DNA of 64,000 bases, taken from the NCBI GenBank assembly GCA_041750285.1, contig JBGSZS010000002.1, positions 32,001 to 96,000 on the forward strand. Reading direction: 5' to 3'. This stretch comes from Candidatus Fermentibacteraceae bacterium (lineage in GTDB: Bacteria; Fermentibacterota; Fermentibacteria; Fermentibacterales; JCC-6). A program made the position numbers and the translations under genes. Under the pieces are notes generated by a model. The model saw nothing but the letters and a program-made list of their open reading frames with translations. It was not told where the DNA came from and searched no databases. The number at the start of each line of letters is the position of its first letter. Within the stretch, counting starts at the first letter, position 1. Shown here one piece after another: positions 56,285-64,000 of this stretch.

Positions 56285-57952
56285 GTGATAAACAGGTATC
56301 TTTTTCTGATCCTTGTCGTTGCCCTTGCACAGGGGCTTTACGCCGAGATGTCGGTCTGCGGGACCGAAGAGCTGATGCCCATCGGCTTCACCGAGTCGGA
56401 ACTTGCCAAGCTTCCCATGCGGGGCGGCAGGTTCGAACCCACTGCGCCGCCTCCCGCCGGGGTGCGGAACCCGGGCGAGTTCGAGGCGGCCACGGGGATA
56501 ATGGTGAGATGGCCTCTGGGCGTGCCCTACAGCTTCCTCACCGATGTCTCCAACAACTCATACCTGTGGGTGATAGTGTCCAGCACCCAGCAGACAACGG
56601 CTTACAACTCCCTCCAGAGCGCCGGGGTGAACATGGACAACACCGGCTTCATCATAGCCCCGACGAATTCGGTCTGGGTGAGGGACTACGGCCCATGGTT
56701 CATCACACTGCCGGACGGCACCCAGGGAATATTCAACTACGAATACAACCGTCCCGAGCGCCCGCAGGACAACCTGATCCCAATCGCCATCGGCGCGGCC
56801 TGGGGAATCCCCGTCTACTCTTCGTCCATAATCCACACCGGCGGCAACTACATGTCGGGAGGGCTCGGTGAATCCATGTCCACCAACCTCGTCTACGTTG
56901 AGAACGACGAGCCCGATACATGGGTGGACCTTCAGATGTATGATTACCTGGGCGTTACCGACTACAGCACCTTCCCTGACCCACAGGGCAGCTACATCGA
57001 CCACATCGACTGCTGGTCGAAGATGCTTTCTCCGGACCGCCTGATGGTCCTTCAGGTGCCGCCATCCCATCCCGACTACGCCGCCCTCGAAGCCGTCGCG
57101 AGCCTGATGGCCACAATGGAGTGCCCGTACGGATACCCCTGGGATGTCTACAGGGTCTACTCGAGCGGAACCGAGGGCTACGTGAACGGTCTGCTCCACA
57201 ACGACACGTACTACATGCCAATATGGAATACCGGCAACGACTCACCTGCGGTGGCATCCTTCCAGCAGGCCCTGCCGGGCTACACGGTCAAGACCGTCTT
57301 CTATTCGGGATTCCAGAACACGGACGCCCTTCACTGCCGGAGCCGCAACGTGATGGACCGCTACGCGCTCTGGGTTGACCACACTCCCGTGAATCAGGAA
57401 CAGGGCACGGGCGCGGTGACCGTCGAGGCCTTCATAAGACCCCATCCCGACAACACGCTCACCAGCCACAACCTCAACTACCGCACGGGCTCGGGAAGTT
57501 TCACGACCGTGGCCATGACCTCCATGGGCGGCAACATCTACTCGGCCCAGATCCCGGGTTACGGTCCGGGAACCACGGTGGAGTACTACATCTCCGCTTC
57601 CGACAACTCAGGTCGCACTGCCCAGCATCCCCTCTTCGCCCCCGATTCGTGGTTCAACACGTACTCCACGGGCGGAACGGGGATCTCGGACCTCGAGAAT
57701 CCCGTAATGGGTGTTTCGATGCTGTCCCCCAACCCTTTCAGCACCGCGATGGTTTTTTCCACCGAAGGCAGGCCGGGAGACATGATGGTGTTCGACGCAT
57801 CCGGAAGGCTCGTCCACCGCACCACCACGACGGGAGAGGCTCTTCTGCAGTGGGTTCCCGCTTCCGGCATCCCAAGCGGGGTCTACTTCGCCGTTCTTGA
57901 GATCCAGGGCAACACCAGTTCACGGGCTCTGGTCTACCTTGAGGGAAGGTAA
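56285..57952 (+). CDS. Secreted agmatine/peptidylarginine deiminase family protein with Ig-like and T9SS-type C-terminal domains
   Basis: Signal peptide, PGEFE, WVRDYGP, TGGN, HID, YVN, ALHC; C-terminal PNPF…FDASGRLV…SGVYF. Confidence 0.88.
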   Translation: MINRYLFLILVVALAQGLYAEMSVCGTEELMPIGFTESELAKLPMRGGRFEPTAPPPAGVRNPGEFEAATGIMVRWPLGVPYSFLTDVSNNSYLWVIVSSTQQTTAYNSLQSAGVNMDNTGFIIAPTNSVWVRDYGPWFITLPDGTQGIFNYEYNRPERPQDNLIPIAIGAAWGIPVYSSSIIHTGGNYMSGGLGESMSTNLVYVENDEPDTWVDLQMYDYLGVTDYSTFPDPQGSYIDHIDCWSKMLSPDRLMVLQVPPSHPDYAALEAVASLMATMECPYGYPWDVYRVYSSGTEGYVNGLLHNDTYYMPIWNTGNDSPAVASFQQALPGYTVKTVFYSGFQNTDALHCRSRNVMDRYALWVDHTPVNQEQGTGAVTVEAFIRPHPDNTLTSHNLNYRTGSGSFTTVAMTSMGGNIYSAQIPGYGPGTTVEYYISASDNSGRTAQHPLFAPDSWFNTYSTGGTGISDLENPVMGVSMLSPNPFSTAMVFSTEGRPGDMMVFDASGRLVHRTTTTGEALLQWVPASGIPSGVYFAVLEIQGNTSSRALVYLEGR

Positions 57953-57955
57953 GCG

Positions 57956-58312
57956 ATGAAAAGGGCATTGACAGTTGTTCTGCTTGCGGCCGTTCTTGCG
58001 CACGCTGCAACGGTTACGCTGGTGAACGGAACGAGGGGCTGGGTCCTCAGTGACGTTTTCGTGAGGCCTGCCGGTTCCGGCTCGGATTGGGGTGAGGACC
58101 GTCTGGGTGACGGGGGTTTCATAGGCATCGGGGCCAGCTGGTCACTTGAAGTGGACCCCGGCGTCTACGACATCAGGGTCGAGGATACGGACGGCGATGG
58201 CTACATACGTCTTTCGGTCCCCCTGGAAACGGCCTTCCGCTGGAAGGTGACCCTCGAGGACATGAACGATCCTCTCCAGACGGCGAACCCGGTATACACG
58301 TGGGGTGGTTGA
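57956..58312 (+). CDS. Small secreted hypothetical protein
   Basis: Signal peptide; N.T…WGEDRLG…YDIRVED. Confidence 0.65.
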   Translation: MKRALTVVLLAAVLAHAATVTLVNGTRGWVLSDVFVRPAGSGSDWGEDRLGDGGFIGIGASWSLEVDPGVYDIRVEDTDGDGYIRLSVPLETAFRWKVTLEDMNDPLQTANPVYTWGG

Positions 58313-58338
58313 CAGTAGCAAATGCCTTCAGTTGAAGG

Positions 58339-59421
58339 CTATACGTTGACTATCCGGTACTCCCTGGCGCCCAACCCCATGCGTTCACCGAGCTCAAGGG
58401 CTTTCGTGCCGTCGGTCTGGGGTCTGTGAGCCCTGAACTTGTCAGTACCCGCGGGGCATGTGACGGGCGATCCCTGGATCGTTTCCGCGGCAGTGACCAT
58501 GTCCAGGGATGCCTGGTCGAGAGCTACCGGGTCCTTTGACGCAAGGACTCCGATGTCGGCCACCATCGGGTTTCCACCGTTCCTCATGCAGTCGCAGTCC
58601 GGCGTGACGTTCAGAAGGAAGTTCACGCAGTACTTCACCCTGACGGTGAGGGTAACGGCAAGGGCGTATTCTGTGAGCCTCCGCAGGAACTCGCCCGATT
58701 CCTGATTCCAGTCCACCCCTATCGCGCCGACCGGGCACCTCTGCAGGCATTCGCCGCAGCCCGTGCACCGTGAAGCGTTCAGAACCGCGAGCCCTTCCTG
58801 CATCGAAAGGGCTCCCGATCCGCAGGCCTCAATGCATGTGCCGCACCCCGAGCAGAACTTTGCCTTCACCCGAGGTTTCACCGACGAGTGCTGGAAGAGC
58901 TTCCCGCCTCTGGAGGCGAAACCCATCCCCAGGTTTTTCAGGGTCCCCCCGAAACCGGCCAGCAGATGCCCCTTGAAATGGCTTAGAACGACTGCCGCAT
59001 CGACTTCGGAGAGTATCGACGCAAGCCTTGCAGTTCGTGTTTCGCACCAGCTCGGAAGGTCGACCTTGATCTCGCTGGTGCCCCTCAGGCCGTCGGCAAC
59101 AATGAAGGGGGGAAGCCCCGGCATTGAGAACCCGTGCTGATGGGCCAGAACATGGTAATCGGGTGCCGTCATCCTTCTTCCGCCGTAGAGAACGGTTGTG
59201 TCGGTCAGAAATGCGCGTCCAGCGGGGAGATCGAATGCATCGACGACCTGTTTCACGATCCGGGCCGGGATGAAGGTGGTGTTTCCATCCTCTCCGGGGT
59301 GGATCTTGAAAGCGGCAATGCTCGTGCCCTTTTGCGGAATCACGGCGCCAGCCGGCATTACAAGCCTTTTAAAGCCCTCGGGGTTCATCTCGGACACGGG
59401 GAGGAAATACACATCAGCCAT
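58339..59421 (-). CDS. DUF362 domain protein with 2x[4Fe-4S]
   Basis: KIHPGE.GN, TDTTVLY, SHFKGH, GFGGTLKNLGMG, CSGCGTC/CTGCGEC, DPVALD. Confidence 0.88.
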   Translation of the reverse strand: MADVYFLPVSEMNPEGFKRLVMPAGAVIPQKGTSIAAFKIHPGEDGNTTFIPARIVKQVVDAFDLPAGRAFLTDTTVLYGGRRMTAPDYHVLAHQHGFSMPGLPPFIVADGLRGTSEIKVDLPSWCETRTARLASILSEVDAAVVLSHFKGHLLAGFGGTLKNLGMGFASRGGKLFQHSSVKPRVKAKFCSGCGTCIEACGSGALSMQEGLAVLNASRCTGCGECLQRCPVGAIGVDWNQESGEFLRRLTEYALAVTLTVRVKYCVNFLLNVTPDCDCMRNGGNPMVADIGVLASKDPVALDQASLDMVTAAETIQGSPVTCPAGTDKFRAHRPQTDGTKALELGERMGLGAREYRIVNV

Positions 59422-59504
59422 TTTCACCGCCTTTCGGAGAATGGAATATAACCGAATGCCGCAGTTTGCTTGCGGCTCTTTTCCTTTCAAAGTATTCTTC
59501 GGCC

Positions 59505-60647
59505 ATGAGCAGTCTAGTCTGGGTGGAACTCGAAGCCGGCGCTCCCGATCACAACCTGCGGGAGATCCGCCGAAGCCATGGTTTCAGCGGCATACACTGC
59601 GCGGTGCTGAAGAGCAACGCATACGGTCACGGCATCAGGGAGATGCGGACGCTTGTTGACGGGGCCCACTGGCTTGCCGTGAACTCCCTCGACGAGGGCC
59701 TTGAACTGAGGGGGCTGGGGGAAACCAGACCAGTCCTCCTTCTGGGACATGTTGACCTGGCCAGGCTTTCCGAAGCGCGCGAGGCCGACCTCAGGCTGAT
59801 CGTCTACAACAGTGAAACGCTGGAGGCCATCGCCGCACTGCCTTCTTCCGGCAGAAAACTCAGGTTGCACCTTCATCTGGAAACGGGCACCTGGCGTCAG
59901 GGAGTGCTTCCTGAACACGCCTGCGGTTTCGCCGGGCGGATAATGAACACCCCCGGCGTCTTCCTCGAGGGCATCAGCACTCATTTCGCCAACATCGAGG
60001 ACACTCTGGAACACAACTACGCAAGGATGCAGCTCGATACGTTTGAAAAGGTATGCCGTGATCTTTCCTCGGCGGGCATCGACCCGCCCGTGCGCCACAC
60101 TGCCTGCACGGCGGCAGCCATCCTCTTCCGCAACACTCATTTCAGCATGCTCAGGACAGGAATTGGCGTTTACGGGCTCTGGCCCTCAAGGGAGACCAGA
60201 CTCTCCGCGGAAACCGCAGGTCTTCCCATTCCAGCCCTGAAACCCGTGATGACCTGGAAGACCAGGGTCGTTCAGGTGAAGGACGTTCCCAGGGGGTGTT
60301 ACATAGGCTACGGGGGCACTTTCCGCACAACAAGGCCAACCGTTCTGGCGGTCCTGCCCGTGGGCTACGCCGATGGCTACAGGCGCGCTGCGGGGAACGT
60401 CGGGTGGGTTCTTGTAAAGGGCATGCGGGCCCCGGTTCTGGGAAGGGTCTGCATGAACCTCATCATGGTCGACGTGACCGACATTCCCGGCGTGCGTCTC
60501 GAGGAAGAGGTCACCCTTCTCGGTTCTTCCGGTGATGAGAGCATTTCAGCGGAACTCATGGGCTCATGGTGCGGAACCATAAACTACGAGATCGTAACAG
60601 GGGTGTCGCCGCTTCTGCCCCGGCTGATAGTTGGGGGAGAGCGTTGA
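59505..60647 (+). CDS. alr: Alanine racemase
   Basis: AVLKSNAYGHG PLP lysine, THFA, RTGIGVYG, GYADG, GRVCM, TINYE. Confidence 0.95.
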   Translation: MSSLVWVELEAGAPDHNLREIRRSHGFSGIHCAVLKSNAYGHGIREMRTLVDGAHWLAVNSLDEGLELRGLGETRPVLLLGHVDLARLSEAREADLRLIVYNSETLEAIAALPSSGRKLRLHLHLETGTWRQGVLPEHACGFAGRIMNTPGVFLEGISTHFANIEDTLEHNYARMQLDTFEKVCRDLSSAGIDPPVRHTACTAAAILFRNTHFSMLRTGIGVYGLWPSRETRLSAETAGLPIPALKPVMTWKTRVVQVKDVPRGCYIGYGGTFRTTRPTVLAVLPVGYADGYRRAAGNVGWVLVKGMRAPVLGRVCMNLIMVDVTDIPGVRLEEEVTLLGSSGDESISAELMGSWCGTINYEIVTGVSPLLPRLIVGGER

Positions 60648-61405
60648 ACTTCAGGGTCATAGGCTGCGAAGGTTCCAGGCTCGAGGAGAGCAGGCTGGTG
60701 ACGATGCTTCTCGGGCACCGGGTGATGCTGGATGCGGGCAGCGCCTGCAGCGTGCCTCCCAGGGTGCAGGACGGACTGGAAATGGTCCTCCTGACGCACG
60801 CTCACCTCGATCATCTTCTCGAACTGGGCTTTCTGCTTGACAACGTAATCGGTTTCAGAAAGCGGCCGCTCACGGTAATGGGAAGCTCCGCGTGCATATC
60901 CATAATCAGGGAACACTACATGAACGACCGCCTCTGGCCCGACTTCAGCCGCATATCCTCAGGGGGCGTTCCCGTTCTCAGATATCTGGAAATGCCCGAT
61001 CTTTCGTGGTTCGAGCTTCCGGGGGGAATAATGGCCATGTCGGTGCCAGTGAATCATCCCGCCGGAGCCCGGGGCTTCATTTTCCGTGCGGGGAACTCGG
61101 CCATGGTCTACAGCGGTGATACCGGACCAACCGAAGAGCTGTGGCGAAGGGCCCGGGAAATTCCCGAGCTCGCCATGGCATGGGTGGAGTGTTCGTTTCC
61201 TGACCGGCTGCGTGACCTTGCGATAGCCAGTGACCACCTCTGTCCCAGCCTCGCCCGCGACCAGATGACGCTGCTCGGTAGACCCGATATTCCCCATTAC
61301 GCCTTTCACCTGAAGAAACGGCTTCGGGAAGAGACACTCTCCGAGCTGGGAACCGATTTCGTCGTGCCCTCCAACGGAGACAGCTTCCTTCTGGGTGGTC
61401 CGTGA
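60644..61405 (+). CDS. MBL-fold hydrolase (class II cyclic-nucleotide phosphodiesterase-like)
   Basis: LDAGS, THAHLDH, NDRLWPDF, VNH, SGDTG, ECSFP. Confidence 0.8.
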   Translation: MNFRVIGCEGSRLEESRLVTMLLGHRVMLDAGSACSVPPRVQDGLEMVLLTHAHLDHLLELGFLLDNVIGFRKRPLTVMGSSACISIIREHYMNDRLWPDFSRISSGGVPVLRYLEMPDLSWFELPGGIMAMSVPVNHPAGARGFIFRAGNSAMVYSGDTGPTEELWRRAREIPELAMAWVECSFPDRLRDLAIASDHLCPSLARDQMTLLGRPDIPHYAFHLKKRLREETLSELGTDFVVPSNGDSFLLGGP

Positions 61406-62505
61406 ACTTCGGCGCCCTGGCGGGCAGGCGGGTCTGCCTGCTCTCCCATTGCGCGGCCGTGGGAGCCGACCTTCACACCACCGCAAGGGCCTTGCACCGG
61501 GAAGGCCTGTTGCATGCGGTTCTCGGCCCCCAGCACGGGTACTGGGCCGAAACCCAGGACAACATGGTGGAGTGGGAGGGTTTTCTGCACCCTGGGCTCG
61601 GGGTTCCCCTGCACAGCCTGTACGGCGCCACGAGGGTTCCCACCGATGCCATGCTGGAGGGCTCCGATGCCCTACTTGCAGACATCATCGACGTGGGCAG
61701 CCGCTACTACACCTACATCTACTCCATGGCGTCCACGATGCGGAAATGCAGCGAAAAGGGTATCCCCGTTTTTGTGGTGAACAGACCCAATCCCCTCGGG
61801 AACGTCCTGGTCGAGGGGCCCATCCTCGACCCTGCCTATGAAAGCTTTGTGGGAATGTACCCCATCCCGGTCAGGCACGGGCTTTCGGTCGGGGAACTGG
61901 CCCTCCTGTTCGCCCGGCTCGACGGGCTTCCCGAACCGCATCTGATACAACCCGACGACAGCCCCTGGGTCATGCCAAGCCCCAACATGCCGACACCCGG
62001 CACTGCGCTGGTTTACCCGGGCATGTGTCTGCTCGAGGCCACCAACCTGTCCGAGGGCAGGGGAACCACCAGACCGTTCGAGATATTCGGAGCCCCATGG
62101 ATCGACCCGTGGCATCTCGCGGAGGCTCTGGAGGGAACCCCTTTCCTCAGGGGGGCCAGGCTTCGCCCGCTCTATTTCATTCCCACCTTTCAGAAGCATG
62201 CCGGAGTGAAGTGCGGTGGCGCACAGATCCATGTAACCGACCCCGACTCGTTCAGACCCTTTCTCACCGGTCTTGGAATCCTCGAATACTGCTTCAGGTC
62301 GGGAGAGACCCGCTGGAACCCGCCTCCCTACGAGTACGAGTACCAAAAGATGCCCATCGACATCCTCGCGGGCTCCCCCGGTGTTCGGGAAGCAGTTGAC
62401 AGCCACGACGCCGGGGCTTTGCAGGAGTTGTCGGTCACCCCCCTCTCCAGTTATCGCCGCACCCTCTCAGGGGTGATCGGGGACCCCTTCAGGTTCAGGA
62501 ACTGA
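61402..62505 (+). CDS. namZ: DUF1343 / NamZ exo-beta-N-acetylmuramidase family
   Basis: GPQHG, SLYG, DVGSRYYTY, RPNP, RHGL.VGE, PSPNMP, SEGRGTTRPFE. Confidence 0.88.
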   Translation: MNFGALAGRRVCLLSHCAAVGADLHTTARALHREGLLHAVLGPQHGYWAETQDNMVEWEGFLHPGLGVPLHSLYGATRVPTDAMLEGSDALLADIIDVGSRYYTYIYSMASTMRKCSEKGIPVFVVNRPNPLGNVLVEGPILDPAYESFVGMYPIPVRHGLSVGELALLFARLDGLPEPHLIQPDDSPWVMPSPNMPTPGTALVYPGMCLLEATNLSEGRGTTRPFEIFGAPWIDPWHLAEALEGTPFLRGARLRPLYFIPTFQKHAGVKCGGAQIHVTDPDSFRPFLTGLGILEYCFRSGETRWNPPPYEYEYQKMPIDILAGSPGVREAVDSHDAGALQELSVTPLSSYRRTLSGVIGDPFRFRN

Positions 62506-62566
62506 GTTTTCGGTCCGGCAGTCCCTTATATTCCCGCTTCACAACCTGCCGGAACGGAAAAAACCT

Positions 62567-63352
62567 GTGCGCATAGCGGTGATAAGCGACATTCACGGCA
62601 ACATTCCCGCGCTGGAAGCTGCGTGGCGGTCCGTTGCGACGTTTTCCCCCGACATGACGGTCTGCCTGGGAGACCTGGTCCAGTTCGGGCCTTCGCCGGA
62701 CCAGGCGGTTTCGTTCATACGAACCCACGGGATCGAAACGGTCCAGGGCAACTGCGACAGGGCCGCCGGCCGTGGACGGACCGACAGCGGTGACGAGTTC
62801 GAAAACCCGCACTGGCGAAAGCTTGCCGCTGAAACGCTTCGCTGGACCCGTGAGAATCTCTCCCCCGAATCGATCGCTTTCCTCAGGGGTCTTCCCGACG
62901 GAAAACGCTTTCTCCTCGACAGACAGAGCACCCTTTTCGTTCACGGTCAGCCAGGCAGGCTGAACGAGGGCCTCCCCGCTGAAACCGCCCACGAGGTCCA
63001 CGACATGGTGCTCAGCCGCAACGACTGCAGGATTCTGGTCTGCGGACACACCCATGAGCCCATGGTGGTGAGAAGGCCGGGAGGGATCATCGTGAACCCC
63101 GGCGGTGTGGGGGTTGGAACCCGCCCCGGCGGCGGAACTCTGGCCGTCATCGACATTGGGAACGGGATCGAACCCGTGGTCGAGATCGTGGGTTTCGACT
63201 ACGACATCAGAGCGCTCGAGCTGGATTTCAGGGATTCAGGAATTCCCGAGACTTTCTATCACTGCGCAAGGCTCGGGAGGGATCCAAGGGGGCCTTGGCA
63301 CACCGAAGACCCCCGCCTGAGGCAGGAGTGGGCAAGGTTAGTCCCGCTTTGA
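62567..63352 (+). CDS. Metallophosphoesterase (YfcE/MJ0912-like)
   Basis: SDIHGN, LGD, GNCD, VHG, GHTH, NPG. Confidence 0.9.
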   Translation: MRIAVISDIHGNIPALEAAWRSVATFSPDMTVCLGDLVQFGPSPDQAVSFIRTHGIETVQGNCDRAAGRGRTDSGDEFENPHWRKLAAETLRWTRENLSPESIAFLRGLPDGKRFLLDRQSTLFVHGQPGRLNEGLPAETAHEVHDMVLSRNDCRILVCGHTHEPMVVRRPGGIIVNPGGVGVGTRPGGGTLAVIDIGNGIEPVVEIVGFDYDIRALELDFRDSGIPETFYHCARLGRDPRGPWHTEDPRLRQEWARLVPL

Positions 63353-64000
63353 CGCCTTTCGCCTGCGGTTCATCTTCCTGATCCGGGAATCCCCGGGGCG
63401 GCCAGATCTCGTCGGAGATGATGACTCCCTTCCAGGTCCTGTAATACATAATCTCCTCAATGACTTCCATTCGCGGCATCGAGAAAACCCCGTGGTTCGC
63501 CGCTATCCACGAAAGGGAGTGGAGCAGGCCGGTGAAGGCCAGGAAAAGCACGGCGAGGGTCATGGCGCCGGAACGGCGCAGCAGGAGCAGGTTTCTCCAT
63601 GCCAGCACCGAGGGCGGTATCGCAGCCACGGCAATCAGATTCCAGTCGAAATAGGGTCCGAGCCCCAGCCGCCATCCGTATGCCATCGCAAGGAAGCCCG
63701 CCGAAGCGGCTCCCAGAAACCGGTTGAAACCGTCGTTCTTCATGTTCCCGGTCAGGATGAGAACGATCGGCACCCACCAGAAGGGGAACAGGAGGAACAG
63801 AACACTCGTGACCGCGTTGTAGTAGGTGATCGATGGTCGCGCAAGCATGTCGATGGTTGTCCGGTCCACTCCCGAGCCCATGAAATGGCTGTTCTGGAGG
63901 TTACGGAAGTCAAGCCCGCTGTATGCGGCGATAATGAAGACCAGAAAAAGTACCGTGAGCATCACGGCAACCGATGCCGCGACATGAGCCCGGGCTTTCA
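63228..64000 (-). CDS. Multi-pass membrane protein, probably 5'-truncated by window edge
   Basis: Several TM segments, LGPYFDWNL; 3' end overlaps the convergent gene. Confidence 0.55.
   Translation of the reverse strand, partial: KARAHVAASVAVMLTVLFLVFIIAAYSGLDFRNLQNSHFMGSGVDRTTIDMLARPSITYYNAVTSVLFLLFPFWWVPIVLILTGNMKNDGFNRFLGAASAGFLAMAYGWRLGLGPYFDWNLIAVAAIPPSVLAWRNLLLLRRSGAMTLAVLFLAFTGLLHSLSWIAANHGVFSMPRMEVIEEIMYYRTWKGVIISDEIWPPRGFPDQEDEPQAKGVKAGLTLPTPASGGGLRCAKAPLDPSRALRSDRKSREFLNP

Noticed and set aside
1..64000. Genome-wide reassignment of TAG or TGA
   Set aside because: Conserved genes end at their expected C-termini with TAG (vorB, leuS, YifB-like) and TGA (clpB, glnS), so any recoding must be site-specific
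1..64000. CRISPR array, tRNA, transposase or prophage genes
   Set aside because: No regularly spaced repeats, cloverleaf signatures or recognisable mobile-element proteins seen by eye

Overview
64 kb of GC-rich chromosome from an anaerobic diderm bacterium. T9SS-type C-terminal domains, a C25 gingipain-like protease and FadL/PorV-like barrels point to the FCB group; Ca. Fermentibacteria is a plausible guess (inference only). The window opens at the 3' end of a 5S rRNA. It contains housekeeping and metabolic genes (nrdD/nrdG, glnS, trmFO, clpB, vorCBA-type oxidoreductase, leuS, EF-G paralogue, alr, namZ), a cluster of three B12-radical SAM and four glycosyltransferase genes, and three secreted T9SS-type cargo proteins. 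Most notable: (1) two adjacent convergent secreted-protein genes each carry one in-frame stop, a TGA-Cys followed by a SECIS-like hairpin (candidate secreted selenoprotein) and a TAG upstream of the C25 catalytic dyad; (2) a split class III RNR whose glycyl-radical motif lies in a separate 50-aa ORF missing from the ORF track, with NrdR boxes upstream; (3) a ~145-nt multi-stem structured element between convergent genes; (4) a 27-bp dispersed repeat in two inverted copies, each overlapping a gene end. No CRISPR array, transposase or tRNA was recognised.
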